Shown one piece after another: positions 46,634 through 62,802 of a DNA stretch of 64,000 bases (positions are counted from its first letter, which is position 1; every line of letters begins with the position of its first letter). The position numbers were made by a program, and so were the translations under genes. The stretch is taken from the NCBI GenBank assembly GCA_051294375.1, contig CM119268.1:18368005-18432004 (forward strand), read 5' to 3'. The DNA comes from Paraspadella gotoi (Eukaryota > Animalia > Chaetognatha). Below the pieces are notes generated by a model. The model was not told where the DNA came from. It did no database searches and saw only the letters and a list, made by a program, of their open reading frames with translations.

Positions 46634-48795
46634 AAAACAGAAAGACAAAGGGAAATTGCCACATAAAAACTGACGCTGTGAGATAAGAGATATAATTATG
46701 TAAAATGGTTCAACAAGTTGAAGTACAAAATCTACACAATTCGCGATTACTCATTGGTACAATGATTTAATGATTAAAAAAACTAGTTATTTTGTTTTAT
46801 CTGAAAACAAAATCGAGCCCTTAGTCACAATGATACCGTTCACCAAACTACTGTGAAGTCTCAGTCGTCGTCGTCGTCAACGGCTGACTTCTCCTCCTGA
46901 CTTTGTAAAGTTTCTCTCATTCGACTGGGGCCAATTTGAGTCGCCAGAAGTTAACCAAGGTGTCATAATATAGAATATTATAATATTCATAAGTTAAATG
47001 TCAAAGAGGCGACCAACGACAGTAGATGCCTGAAATTTCCAAGTACAGAACTGAGCTTGTTGCTTTAACTCGCCCAAGCAACTAACTATCGGTATATGTT
47101 TTAATACTAAACAATCATTTGGGGAAAAGCTTCAAAGATGCAGTGAATCATGTTATGAAGCAGTAACAATTTCTGACATACATTCAAAATTATTTTTTCT
47201 GACATACATTCAAAATTATTTTTATATCCTTACATTTTAAGGTTACACATAAAGATTTCAAATATACTTATAATGGTAATTTTGTTTAAAAATTTTCTTT
47301 ACATAAGATATGTATCAAATATTTAAGTCATTTTTTTCAATATAATTAACATATGAATCAATGTATTTATGTATATATTTTCTATATTTTATATATTTTA
47401 TATATTTTTAAAATATTTCACATTCTGATTCCCGAGATTTTTTTTTTAACACCTAATCTCATTGTTGACATTGTAGTCCAAAAACTGATCCAGAGAAAGT
47501 GGACAAGTTCCCAAACCCACACAATGCAAAGCTATAGTGATTCGCTTAATCCATGTTATCTTGAAAAGCCTCGGAAATACATGTCGATTTATTTTAAGGC
47601 CACGAGTCCAAAAATTGACGCGATGACGCAATTGATGGTGACGATACTGACGCTGACCCACCCTAGAACGTTGAGCTTAAAATCAGAGCGGGTTACGTAA
47701 TTTCTTGCGGTTTGAACGTCTGTTCCGAGGTCCATCACTTGCATGGCGTCGCTCGCCTGCAAGACCAAAAGTTTCAAATTCGATCTTTGCTCAAGAAGGA
47801 ACTCTTCGCCTTCCTGATCTTCCGTTCTTTTTATACCCTTCGTCGCAGCAACGCTCCTTTGTCGTCGTCATTATCGTCCTTCTTGTTATATCAATTATAA
47901 CAAAACTGTGACGACTCACATAATATCGAAATGGTTAATTACTTTAGGAGGAACTAATTCATTCTCGAGTGACGGATAACGAAACAAACGGAATAAAAAA
48001 TGAGATAAGATATGTTGTACTCTTTTAGATGTCGCGTGGTATAACGAGGTGAACGGAAATTTCCCAATTTATGACCTAATTTCTTTCCTTTTTATCATTA
48101 ATTGAATCTGTAATGTTGTTCCACGTCCTTTAGTTATGGATAATCGAAATTCTTTTATTTTGTCTTTTGTTCTTGTTATTCATCGCCAGTGTTTCTCGGG
48201 AAAGAGGAAGAAAAAAGATTTTGACAGAAATAATTGGAGAAACGCTAAGTACACAAAAAATTAACCAAAGGTTGGAACTAAAACATGACTAATATGAAAC
48301 ACTAAATCAGACTAAATCTACAAAAATATAGCAGCATTATTAAATCATTAATTAATTAATTATTATATCAAGAATTAAGTTTTATCTCTCTATTAAAAAC
48401 CCTATTATCTAATTGGGAATATATTATTAAGAGAAATGATAATTCAACATGTGAAAATATTGAGTGTACAATGGGATATAAATTGCACTTGTACAACCCG
48501 TGTGAAATATTTTGCCTCGTTCAAGAATAGCCTTTTTGTGGAGAATCCTAAATTCAAAAAAGGCCATTTACAACTGACCAATTAAAAACGAAAAGAGGTT
48601 CTCTCACCGACTAATCAGAAGCAAGAACAGTTTCCCAAATCCTCTCGCGTCACCTCAAGGATTTTTTAATCATCTCCAACATTTTTTTTCTTTTTCCAAA
48701 CAATTTTTTTTCTTCTGAGTTTCACTCTGTTTCCGCCGCCTCTAATTGTTCCGTGGAACACTAACCGTCCTCTCTCTCTCTCTCTCTCTTCTCTC

Positions 48796-48863
<68 letters not shown>

Positions 48864-49214
48864 TTTCTCCTCTTCTCACCCCAGTATTTGATGCGCTTTT
48901 TTGTGCTCTCTCAAAAATGGGCGTAGGGAGGTTGGAGACAAGAAAATGAGAAAGAATACGGAAAGAGAGAGAGAAAGAGAGTGAGAGGGCTAAAATAAGA
49001 TGGGTCCAAGAATGGCGTCGTGAAAGCTGAATTTCTATTTCTATTTCTTTCCTTTCTTTCGCCGTCTCCTTATTTATATTCCTTCCTCAAACACACACAT
49101 ACGTTAAACCCACACACACGGACCGCCAGCGTCAAATTCTTTTTCAGCCACGCTCTGACTTATGGCCTTTCACTGATTTACTTTCTTTTCTGGCACCGAT
49201 TTTTTTGCTTTTCA

Positions 49215-49267
<53 letters not shown>

Positions 49268-50036
49268 TCTCTCTCTCTCTCTCCCCTCTCCGCGGACTTT
49301 CATAGCGTTTATCGCGAACACATCTGTTTTTAGTTGCGCGGCGAATACTCGCTGAGCAACGCTATGAATTTTTTTTTTGATTTAGTTTGTCAGTCTCTGT
49401 AAACTCTGTTTATATCTGTTATTGGGTCAAATTAATAATTATTTAAAATTTGTACGTTAGTTCTTGCTTATATGATTATGAAAAAACCTAAAAATATGTT
49501 CATTTATATTATATTGTTTTATTATATTTAAAAAAATTAACCTAAATAATATGATAAAATTTGAAATTTAATAATAGTTTGTATATAAATTGTGTAGAAG
49601 ACGAAAATTGGCGTGAGTCGCCTAAATTGGTTATTTTAAACTATAATTCGTATATAAATGATAAAAATAAAATGTTTACAAACATATATTCTATTTATTC
49701 AGAATTACGGTAAATAATTACAATTATTATGTGGCACAACTTTGTGGAATGAAAATTGTTTGTTTCTTTGTTCTGTAAGCAATTCGGTTTTGAATTAAAG
49801 AGCATTTTTTCAGCATCTATTCATCAATTCTAGTTACGTGAATTAAATATTTTAATTAAGACTTTGGCTTATTCGGATTTAAACCTAGTTCAACGAATTA
49901 TTCTTTCAAAATTAAAACCTTTTCTGTAAAGTTCTCGTTTTCTCTCTCTCTGTCTCTTTGTCTCCTCTCTCTCTCTTTCTCTCTCTCTCTCTCTTCTCTC
50001 TCCTCTCTCTCTCTCTCTCCTCTCATCTCTCTCCTC

Positions 50037-50070
<34 letters not shown>

Positions 50071-50546
50071 CTCTACAAGAACAAAAAAGGTTACCGAAAA
50101 AATATTTTACACCCAATGTATGTTTTTTCCTCTTTTTTTAGAATTTTTTTCAATTTCAAATTCTTTTTCATTTTCAAGCACCCTTCGTTATCCAATATCC
50201 ATTATGCAAGAACCAACCCTCTATTCGATCCACCTTAACACTCACACCACCCTCTTTGATCCACCTTTACCCTCCACCACCACCACCATCACCACTCCAT
50301 TCGATGAGACGACGGAATCCACGTCCGTCTCCCATTTGATTCCTCCGCGAGTCGGGGGATGGCGGCCTCGGCCCGGCTTCGGCCCGGCTTCGACCCGGCC
50401 TCGCCGGCCAGCGCTGGCAGCAGAGGTCAAATCAACCACTAAACTAAAGATAGAGGGAGTGCACACATGTTATGAGCGATTACGATCCATCATACTCAGC
50501 GCTATCCATCTCTGCCAAGCTGCGCTTCCTTTCTCTCTTCTCTCTA

Positions 50547-50578
<32 letters not shown>

Positions 50579-50579
50579 T

Positions 50580-50663
<84 letters not shown>

Positions 50664-52640
50664 AAATTTTGCGATCACGGAATCCCTCCCTTCTTCACTT
50701 TTCTTTTCAGCTTCCTCTTACTTTCTTCTCTTTTTCCTTCTTATCTTTTCTTCTCTCTCACTCTCTCACTCTTTCTCGCCAGCCACCGTCAAATCCTATT
50801 TGTCTTTCTGACTTTCGACTCCTGATTGAAACTCTTTATCGGCATTGAACACCAATCAATGAGTTGAATATCAATGTGATTTTGATAAAACTATTAATAT
50901 ATTGATTACAATGAGTAAAGCATTAAATTCAAATTTAAATTCATTTTAAAATATAATATAATATCCTGACTCCTTTTTCTTGGTAACCAAATTTTCTTTT
51001 ACGAAAATAACGACAACAGGTATAACTAACTAACAACAACAATAACAACGACAACTGAACGAGCTGTCGCTTCCGTTATCAAGACGAAGAGATTTTCCCC
51101 GATTTCCTTTAGCGGCTTTTGCCAAAAAGGAGGTCGGTTTCGGGTCAAGCGACGACGACGACGATGACGATAACGACGCTGATGACGACGACGATGAAAA
51201 CGAACGAACCCCAGAAGACGACGACGATAAACGTATTGAACTGGAAACGACATCGTCAGTGGCGACCCTAGCGACACCAATAGACTTTAAAAGGATGGCG
51301 GCAACATGGAAGACTACGAGATGAACAACGTCATTAAAGATGAAATCGAAGACGACCATAAAAAACAACCACGAAGATGAAAGAAGCGGAGACCGACGAA
51401 AGCGGACGCCAGGTGCAATGCGAGGCTATGCAATCGGAAGAACCCACCGTCGATGTCATTCTGCAATATCCGTTTTCTTTAAGTCAAACCTTTTTTTCTG
51501 TTGACGATGAAGGCGACGACGACGACGACGACGACGGTCTCGAACTCAAACTCGGAAAAATCGACAGAGATTAAAATCAAATGAGAAATGCGCGTGAGTT
51601 AAACTAAATAGATGAATCATTTCTGTGTTCATCAGTTATGTAAACTTTTAAAAAGTATTTATGATTTCCAACATTTATCTTCATATTCCATATCAATAAA
51701 GTGTTAATTAAATATGAATGATATATTTTCTTTATTTATTAGTATCTGCGTTTGTAGACATGAATAACAATTAATGTTCATATGATTATCATTTCTCGTC
51801 TTCAAACATTACTAATTATAAACTGTACTAGTTCCGAAATATAGGAATCCTGCTTTTGAGAAGAACCTCGTTCAGATTGAAAAAACTTTCAATATAATTT
51901 CACGAATCTTTTTTAAAAATGTATTTCTTTCAATTTCGATGATGTAATCGTCGATTTATATCAAATAAAGTAGACGTAAAGGAAACGCCATTGTTAATAA
52001 AGTTTCAAGTCACACTGTTGTTAATGTTATTGCTAAGCTCCTACACGAGTTGTTGTTGTAAACGGTGAAGGTAAGATAACTATGAATGTCCGATGAAAAA
52101 AATGTTTCATGGAAAAAATGTTTTATTTTTTTCAAAAATGGCGCCGCAGTGTCTATTTCTCATGTGTGTCCACGTGACACATAACTGAAATAATATGTAA
52201 CAAACGACCGATTTTTGATCACTAATGTGCAACTTTTCAACTAAAACAACCTAATATTAGACGAAATATGACGCAATTCTGCTCATGTAATCGCGTTTTC
52301 GGTCATCAGGTGATTTCACTAGTATGATATGTATGGTCATATGGTTCTTTACCTTCCTACCAAATATGAACTAAATTGATGATTATTACCCGAATTATGA
52401 GCATTCAAAATGTTAATAGGATAGAATAACAGACCGACCGAAAAGTGACTTATTGAGCTGTTCCGCGTGTACTCGCGGCGTAACTAAAAATGATACGAAA
52501 AATGATACGAAGCGAAAGGAAAACTATAATTTTATTTTAATTAATTTATTTAAAGAGTCATCAAGGTCATCAACCGTATTACTTCCTCATGCTCCCTTGT
52601 CCACGCTTTCTTTGATGTAACGAATGTAACGAATCAATAT

Positions 52641-52952
52641 CGTCTCACTCTCATTTTGTCTTTAACTTTCGTCTCACTCTCATTTTGTCTTTAACTTCGT
52701 CTCACTCTCATTTGTCTTTAACTTTCGTCTCGCTCTCATTTTTGTCTTTAACTTTCGTCTCCACTCTCATTTTGTCTTTTATTAACTTTCGTACTCACTC
52801 TCATTTTGTTCTTTAACTTTCTCCTCAACTCTCATTTTGTCTAACTTTGTCCCTTCACTCTCATTTGTCTTTAACTTTCGTCTCGTTCTCATTTTTGTTC
52901 TCTTTAATTCGGTCCCTCTCATTTTGTCTTTAACTTTCGTCTCACTCTCATT
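52641..52952 (+). repeat. Minisatellite, about 29-bp unit, roughly 10-11 copies
   Basis: Tandem cgtctcactctcattttgtctttaacttt, degenerating rightwards. Confidence 0.9.
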
Positions 52953-53183
52953 CTCACTGTCACTCTTTCACTCGCACGTTACTTTCGCTTTTAAAATTCT
53001 TCGTCAAAATAACAACAACGACCAACGAAAGAAGCGAAGTCGACGTCTTCGCCATTTTGAAATTTGGGTTCATGAAAAACGAAGGTTTTCGTGGGAACAA
53101 CAAAGATTTTATTTTAAATAAAAATCGGACATATTGTTTCGACTTATTTCGACTTTTGACTTAGTCTCTAAAACAGTAAGTTG

Positions 53184-53319
<136 letters not shown>

Positions 53320-53445
53320 GTGTATTTTTCTTTCTCGAAATCAGTGAGTGGAAACATATCCGATTTTTATTTTAAATAAAATATTTATTGTTACCACGAA
53401 AACTTTTGTCTCTCTTAAATTTACACAAACAACAAAAAGAAAGGT

Positions 53446-53478
<33 letters not shown>

Positions 53479-53779
53479 TTCAGAGACAAAAATAATAATT
53501 TCTTTTGAACTTGTTTTTAGACGTTTCCTCTTTCTTCTAAATATTAAAGATGAAAGAACATGGATTTTCAATTCAAACAACGAAAAAAAGTGAAACGAAA
53601 AAGAATAAAGAAAATGTCTTTAGAATAAAATAAAAACTATGACAAAATGGAATAAACAGAAATTCATCTCTCTCTCACACGAGTCTCTCGCTCTCTCTTG
53701 CGTTTGGCAATTATTCTCGAAAAGGCAAAAATCCGCGATTTTTGGGGAAAAAATGATTTATAAATCATGTGAAGGAATT

Positions 53780-53815
<36 letters not shown>

Positions 53816-54249
53816 TCGGCGATCTTGTCAACCAGTACGAAATCGAGCTAACGTTTGATGTATATATAAAACTATGCATGGAATAATATCATTTCATATA
53901 TAATAATGTAATATAACTAGGATAAAATGATTAGGTCTCCCAAATAATAATGACAGTGTCGACAACCTTGATTAAGACGAAATGGACAACGCCGACGAAT
54001 AAAAAACATTTACATACTTTCTCCAGGAGACATTAACAAAAACACACATCATGACAACAATTTTTTTTTCATCAGACCTGTTGTGCCTTTAAAAAATAGA
54101 GAGAAGAGAGAGAGAGGAGAGAGAGAGAGAGAAGAGATGAGAGAGAGAGAGAGGAGAGAGAGGAGAGAGAGAGAGAGTGAAGAGAGAGAGGAAAAAAAAA
54201 AACAGACAAAATTAATTTTTATTTTTTACGATGTTGCATAATATTGGGT

Positions 54250-54506
54250 TGTGGCGAATCCCAAATTCGCCTGCGACGATTCCCGTATAGCTTGGTGAAA
54301 CTCAGCTCGTCACATTGGCTGTGACAGCTAAGTACTCGTTCACCAACCGTTAGTTCCGGTTTCAATCCCCTAACAGTCACGCTGGTTAAAGTATGATGGT
54401 GTCGGCATAAACATGCCAGTGGTCACTGCAGGTCAAAAGCCCTGAGCGCCAGCTGTCGGGAGATGCCTCACACCCCAGGCATCACATATGTCTCCCCGTT
54501 GCCATA
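54250..54506 (+). mobile_element. Family C solo LTR (257 bp) with twister motif at 54381-54453
   Basis: Homologous to 44131-44387; TSD GGGT/CGGT (3 of 4 match); GTAT-GA-TGG-TGTCGGCA-TAA-ACAT-GC-CAGTG/CACTG-CAGG-TCAAAAGC-CCTG; P5 GCTGG/CCAGC. Confidence 0.88.
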
Positions 54507-55393
54507 CGGTCTTATTTTTCTAGAAGTTCCCATTTTATCCTAAATTCGGAATTAGTTTTTTAATTAAAGATTACGTGAGAGGTTAGGGTTAAGGATTAAA
54601 TTAGGGATTATATTAGTGATTAAGGTGAGGGATTTAGTTTGTGATTAGAATTTAAGATTTAGGTTAGGGACTAGTGATTAGTATTAGAAGTTAGGGACAG
54701 ATAATATAGATAATAGTTTAGTGTTCGTGTTCAGGATAAGGTTGAGGTTAGGAATTAGGGATTATTTTATAAATTTTAAATTCTGAAAAAAAAACGAACA
54801 AAAAAGGGGGACTCTCGGAAAAGAGAGCGAAATAACAAGGCAAACAAAAAATGACGGGAATAGTTGCAAAATCGGTTGATATTAAAGCAAACCCTGAATT
54901 AATATAAAATAAAATTACAAATAAAAAATGGTCAATCACAATCGTTTCCGAAATGATAGGATAAAATATAAGATATATGATTTTAAAAATCAGTAATCAG
55001 AATCTTCTTCGGGAATATTCGATTGAAGGGTGGATTCTTTTTTAAAAGGAGTTGCTTTTTAGTATTCATAATATAATTCAAGTTTGTACAACTGGTCTAC
55101 TGACGATTCGAAAGTGACTAAGCAAATATAGCAAAGATAAAACTTTCCTAATGAATTAAAAATACACGAAAAACAACAACAAACGACGACGACAACAACA
55201 ATAACAACGAGAAAAGGAGGACAACAACGCCAACAGCCACGAGGGCGAAAAGGGGAACGGTGAGAGTTAATTTCCTGAGTGGATCCCCGTGTCACGAAAC
55301 GGAAGGAGGGATCACGGAGTCACTCGAATCACAAAGGCTCACCAGAGGGAGGATCGTGAACGCGAGGCCGCGGTGAATAACCGGGGAAAAAGT

Positions 55394-55512
<119 letters not shown>

Positions 55513-55774
55513 CTTAGTCCACGATTTTAGTCCCCCCCCTCTCTTCCCTCCCCGGTGTGACTCGATCCTCGGGGAATAAAAAGGTCAATCAATCTAATCT
55601 CGCGTCAGAACCGAGAGATGGCGGAGGAAACACGAGACGAAGTCAACGACGACGACACGACCGACGGGTGAGACCAGGTTTATGAAGGGAAGACTACGAT
55701 CGATGATGATGATGATGATGATGTTTGTGATGACGATGATTATGATATAATGATAATAATAATGATGTAGAAGA

Positions 55775-55869
<95 letters not shown>

Positions 55870-57488
55870 AGTATTTTTATGAAAAAACATCAGTATGCAA
55901 CACTAAGAAGAACGTCTTCGTCTGTAACGACATTTGTGACGATAACAACGACGACAGCGACGAAAATAATTATGTTCAAACACCATTAAGGCCTAAATGT
56001 TAATTCATATTAATCTTTTAAAATATACAATTATTACTCAGAAAACAGATCTGGTGTTATTTTAGGATGGCAACATCTGTTTTCTTTAGGAGGACACGAT
56101 TCTAGTCTTCATTTTACTTCATCTTTTCTCCTCAACTTTGTCGTCAAACCAGATTTTCTCCTCCGCTTCCTTTTATTCTTTTTCTTCCATCCATCGTCTT
56201 CGTAATTTCATTCTAAGTAAATCTCTTTCGACTTCGACTTCGTTCTCGTCGTCGTCGTGCGAATGCACGCAGTCGTCGCGCATGCACGGATCCGCGTGCA
56301 TCGCGAAGCGGAATGACAACACGAGTTGGGGTGAAGAAAAACTGAGGTCAGGTGATAAGAAGCAAATAGGTGAGTTGACTTACCCAATACATCATTCTAG
56401 CCAATGAATGGAGGCCGGGACAAAATGGGGCGCATGCAAAGGCCCGAAAGGTGAAGGGCGGAATGTCGCGCTACGCATTCATCCTGCGCGTCATTTCACG
56501 CTCCGTCGCGTAATCAGGAAGTGACGCTTGTCTTCGCGTGGTGTCGAGAAGTGGGAAAGAATTCTGAAAAAAGCTCAAGAAGCCAAAAGAGGAGAAGGCG
56601 TAAACTTTGTGATTTTACATACAGAAATTTTGACAGGAAACTGGATCTGAAACAATCAATCAAGCGGAGGTTTTTTCCATCGGTTAAACCTTGCATTCTG
56701 CAAATTTGCAGCCGGATTTATTTTGGAATTTGAGATTTAAATCGTAAACCCGTCGCACTATGTATTACGGTGTTAATGTATGAACAACATTTTATCAAGG
56801 GTTTATGATATTTCGTCGCGACGAAAACGGAACTGACTGAAGACGCAAAAAACGTAAGACATTAGATCTTCTTCTTCGCCAGGAAATTTTCTTTTCTTTC
56901 TTTCCCACTTTAATGTTGGGTTTTGACCCGATGACCTTCTCGAGCCAAATCTTATTCTCTTCACTTCCGCTTATTCGGTTCCACTTCGACCTTCGCCTTT
57001 TTTCTCTCTTCGCTTTTCATCTTCTTCACCTCAATTTATTCCAATGAGCGAAACTTATTTTTATTCTTCTCTTTTTATAAACGTAAAAAGTTGATTCGAA
57101 GTTGTTAAAAACGTTAAAATTGACGAAGTTTTATACAAAAATCATATGTTATATTTTTACATGGAAAAATACGATTATAATACGATTACAAGAAACAAGA
57201 AACTGATGCCATTAAGGGTATTATCATGGTACCGTATGCTCAATAATTCAAAGTTACAACCACTACTATAGTAATATCTTTTAGAACTGTGTCTTTGGAT
57301 TTTAAGCTCGTTTGTTTTCTTTTTTTCACTCAACCACAAACAGAAAGAAAAAGAGATAAAGAGAGAGAGAGAGAAAGAGAGAGAGAGACGAGAGAGGAGG
57401 AGAGGAGAGAGAGTAGATAAGAATCCTAAAGAAAAATTTCTTGTTTGCTCTATTTTCCATTTTTCCGAGGCTCTTTGTCTTAGAGAGA

Positions 57489-57527
<39 letters not shown>

Positions 57528-58622
57528 TGATAGAGAGAGAGAGAAAGAGATTAATGGTGAAATACTGTGATGTTTTATATTTTTATTATCAATAATACAA
57601 GTTTTCACTCATATCAGATAAAGTAAATTAGTAGTACAAGACTTTAAATAATTTTAAATCAATATATAAAAAAAATAAGGAACATTTCGAAATATCGCTT
57701 CTAAAGTGAACTAATTTAAAGGCTGATATCCCATTAGAGACTGGTGACTCTATCTTTCGTCTCCTGCAATTCTTATGTCAAAATTACACTTGAGAAAGTT
57801 TCAATTTGCATGTTGAAAATATCATTCGGAACTTCTCTCGTCTGGATGGCGCACGTAAACAACTCGGCACAAAATTCACACGCATTAGTCACGCTTTCTA
57901 AACGTAAAGGGTTAAAGTTCCACTTCTTTCTAATTCTCTACGCCGAATTTTTTTGTTTTTCTCATTTTAATTACGTTTCATTCCATTCGGTCCTTTTTTT
58001 CCATTGGTCCGTTTGTCCGTTTTTGTAGACAGAACCGAAGATTTTTCTCCTTTTCCCAAAATCTTTGAAGGAAAAGTTTTATTCAGGGATTATCATTACG
58101 CTGGTGGAATTCACGCCGGAATCAGAGTGATTCCTCTACTCTCCTAAAAAAAAGCAAAATCAATTAATAAACATTGAACGGATCATTAGCGAGTGTAAAA
58201 ATGTTCAAGTTTCAGCCAGGAGTGATATCCTTTGTTCGCATCTAATTTCCATCGAAACCAGTAGTGATCGCCTTTGTTCGCATCTCATTTTCATCTCCTC
58301 CCGTCCAATCGTTTTGTTTGCATCGTTTGTCCATCTTTGACAATCGGACTGCGACAATTCGCCTTCGTCTCTTCTAGCGAACGCTCGTCTCGAATGAAGA
58401 GTCGGAAATTGATATTGGAGTTGCTGTTGTTCTTGTTGTTGCAGAGATAAAAAAAAATAAATAAAAACATAAAAACAAAAAACAACAACAACAAAAAAAC
58501 AAAAAACAAATCGATAATTGACAACGCCTGTTTTTTCTTTTCTCCTTTTCTCCATTTATCTTTTTCTCCAATTCGAGAATTAAAACAAATGAACTTTTTT
58601 TTCTTCGCGTCACTATTTCACT

Positions 58623-58666
<44 letters not shown>

Positions 58667-58824
58667 AGTTAACGAAAACAGGTGGAACAGATCTGCGACG
58701 ATAGCGGCGACCAACGCGCTAATTGTTTTTAAATCGATGGTTACTCGAAACCTGGAAAATTTTTCTCCGTTTTGTGAGATGGAGAGAAAGAGAGAGAGAG
58801 AGAGACAGAGAGAGAGAGAGAGAC

Positions 58825-58873
<49 letters not shown>

Positions 58874-60345
58874 TGAGAGAGAGAGAGCCAGAGCGAGAGA
58901 GAGACTATAAATTTTCCTATTGGCTCATTATTTTCCACTTGGAGGAAATCCGGCCGCCGCCGCCACGCCGCCGCCGCCTCCTCCTTGTTGTCGTCGTCAT
59001 CATTTCGATTTGAAAAGAGACGCCGATTTCCTCCGATTATCCTTGGATTTCCTTTTTTCTTTACCATCAATTTATCGAATGGTAAAATATGTATATTACT
59101 TAAAATGACTCTCACTTTTAACATTGTAAACAAGAATCGAACACTGATATCTATCTTTATCTCTCTCTTTATTTTTTACATTTTTTTCCCCTTTTTTTCT
59201 TTCCTCTTTTTTCCTCCAAAATCCATTCTTTCTCTGGGTCACACAACTCACCTTTTCTCATCAATACTTTTCTTCTCGACGCTTTTCCCTTTGTTCTTGC
59301 ATCAAACTCTGCACCCCGAAGCCCCAAACCTAATTCTCTTCGAAAACCCCGACGGCTCGACACCCATCAGCCCCTCACCTCAAATCGATGTCGCAGACGG
59401 TTTTCAACGACGACCACGACGACGAAAAAATAGACGAGAATTTAAATGATCTCACAAAACACAGTCTGGAAAAAAGAGACCCCGAAGTAAGGTTCAAATT
59501 ATCTACTAATATCAACCAATTTTATTATTAATATAAAGATGAGATGATGTAGACGACATTATGGACTACGTCAATCCTGACTACTTCAATCTTGGTGACG
59601 ACTTCAGGTCTGATTTTACGCGGGGCTGTTCAACTCTGATGGATTTGTCGCGTCCATTTATTTCCTTCGTTGGAGTCATTTTCATTAATCCATTCATCCA
59701 TCTGTCCGATTCCCATTTTCTATTTTCATTAATCCATTCGTTAATCTGTGCCATTCCCATTTTCTAATTTCATTAATCTGTACGATTCACATTATCGATT
59801 TTCATTAATCCATTCATTAATCTGTCCGATTCCTATTTTCATTAATCTATTCATCTCTGTGCGATTCTCATTTTTTATTTTCTCTTCGTGTCCTCTTGTC
59901 CCCGATTCTTCTCCTTCTCCTCTTCTTCCTCCTCTTCCTCCTCCTTCTCCTCTCTTTATCTCTGTTGTTCGTAGAAATTTGAGTTCAAAGTCATCGCAAA
60001 GGTGATCTTACCCCGTTCCAGAAACTTACCCTATAATAAGCTACAGGTCTCGCCCAATCCAATCTCTTTCACCATTGCATCCAGCTTTTCTCACTTAATA
60101 ATTAAATAATTGATTAACTCATTCAATCCATCAATCATTTTTTCCGATGTTTTTCCTTTTTCATCTTCTTCTTCTTTTCCTTTTCCATTTCCTCCGTCTC
60201 TTCCTCTTCCTCCTCTCCTTTCAGTTTTCCAAGTCTATTAAAAGTGAAAGGTTCTGAAAAATCCGTTCTTTCGCGGAAAAACCATTTTCTCTTCTGTAAG
60301 AGACTGGAGGCGAAAAGCGGGTTCTATCTTAACCTGTCTGCCACC

Positions 60346-60403
<58 letters not shown>

Positions 60404-61906
60404 GGTTTATGGTTTATTGACGCGATGGAAGGGTGGCGGGAGAAGGTCAAACGAAGATGGAATGAAAGAAAAAAATGTCAGTTTGAAAACAATTTTCGGT
60501 ACATTTTTTATGTTTAAAAAGTAATGACACAAAAATTAATATGAAGGAAATCTCAAAACAAAACAAAACTTTACGTAAAAAAGGAAGTAATAATGACGCA
60601 CATTCGTTACGTTCAATTTCACAAAAAGAATACATTTTTGGCTTAAAAACTCGAAACGTGAAAAATTGTTCGAAGGAAAAGAAGAAAAAAATTAATCGGA
60701 TTTAAAGAAAAGAAATGAGCAAAAATTAGAAAATAAAAATCGAATAAAAAAATAGGTAGAAAAAAAAAGGAAACATAAAAGGAAGGAAAAAAGGGAGAAG
60801 AGTATTCTCAATTTCTCCTCGCGGCTTATTTTCTTTCCTTCTCTGCCTTTTTATGTACTCCAAAGAGGACCGCCCGAGGGCGATGTTACAATACGAGCGG
60901 AAATTCTTACGCTCGCAGGTGGACGTGTTTCTCTTGTTTCGTTTTATGGTTAATATTTTGTTTTTTTGTTTTTTGTTTGGTTCATTTTTTAATAGGAGGT
61001 AAAGTGATAGAATATTTGTAATAAAGTAATCAGTGAACTGTTTATAAATTAATAGTCCATCAACTTCTGAGCAGGCTGTCTCACCATGCTACGGGCGAAA
61101 ACCGGTCCAGAACCACAGAATCCGAGTTGAATGACTTGTCTCTTGTATCGAGCTTCAATGATCGAAGTAAACAGTTTATGGAGTCACTGAACGATGTTTT
61201 TTGTTTGTCTTTGAAAATATTAGAAAAGACAACGTGGCCTGGTACAAAGATTGTTTCTTAAAAAAAAAATTAAATTAGACTTTATTTGAGTGAATATTTC
61301 TATTGGTATAGACCTCACGAAGATTTCCGTCAATATCTTTTTTAACGACAACCTCGACGTCATTCCTCACGATGCAATTGAGGTCAACCTTAACTGCGAA
61401 AAAGAGACGATCGAATCGCCTCCATTCTTCGACCAGATCGAAGCGAAGACTTCGGCTTTAAAATAATTAAGAACTAAAAAATATGGTGCTGCCAGAAAAC
61501 GCAGCCGCCCACATTTAATGCATGTAACCGCGAAATACGTAAAGGCACAGCTACTTGTTTACATGTCGAATGGTAAACATTGTAAAAAAATTGAAAATTT
61601 GAACGAGGCCGTTTAAAGTTTTCAAAAAAAACTGGTTTTCCGACCTTTTTAAAAGTCACGTTGATAGTATAAAAAATAATATTAAACAGTATTGATAACA
61701 GAAAATATTAAAACAGAAAAGAGACAAAAGATTAAAAAAATTCTATTTTTATTGCACATTAAAAAAAGATTTTTTTCACTGGTCGTAAAATATTCACGAA
61801 AGGTATTAGGAAAACGGAACCCATAGATTCTGTCTGCCATCGCTGCGCAATGTTGGCGCAATTCAAAAGATTGCGAGGCGTCGGGGCATAAAGAGGGGGG
61901 AAGAGA

Positions 61907-61959
<53 letters not shown>

Positions 61960-62046
61960 TTTTACAAATTCCCGGATTGCCTCCAATCTTGCATCTCCAC
62001 CAACATCAAGCAGAAAGCGTCCATCTGCCAATGATGAAGGAAGAAG

Positions 62047-62083
<37 letters not shown>

Positions 62084-62618
62084 CTCTCTCCTCTCTGCTC
62101 TCTCTCTCTCCTCTGCCCTCCCAAAACGCTCTTAAACCCTTAAATCCGGAGCTTCAGAAAATCCTCGCGGAAAGCTGCTCCGAGTTTGTTCCGTCCTAAA
62201 AATCTGTGGTTCCGTTTTACAACGGCCGATGCGAGAAAAAAAAGTAGGAATGTCTACCATTATAACTCATAATATCATTATTGATTTTACCTTCAAACGA
62301 CCCTCCATTCTTGTTTCCCGCTCACACTTACTAATGTGTACTACACTTACGAGTGTGAGTAACTGGTTAGCAATAAGACTATCAGTAATAAGTATGTAGT
62401 ATTTTGTATTTTCTTCTATGTTGAAAAAGAAATTACAAAGATTTGTGTCCTATGATTAAAAAAATTCAAAAGAGGAAGAAGTAATGAAAAATACAAAGGG
62501 AGACAAAAAAGAATAGGAAAAAAAATAAATGGAATATTCCTAGCATCGGATATCCCTCAATGGAATATGTGGGCACCTGTATTCTTCAGAATTTGAAATC
62601 AAATCTGGATTCTTCTCT

Positions 62619-62664
<46 letters not shown>

Positions 62665-62697
62665 CCTTTACTCTTCCCCTTCCCATCCTCCTTTCTG

Positions 62698-62736
<39 letters not shown>

Positions 62737-62768
62737 CCTTTTTTTTTTTTTTTATTTTTTTTTTTTTT

Positions 62769-62802
<34 letters not shown>

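Noticed and set aside
52641-52952. 29-bp repeats resembling a CRISPR array
   Set aside because: Head-to-tail with no unique spacers, eukaryotic context, and no cas genes.
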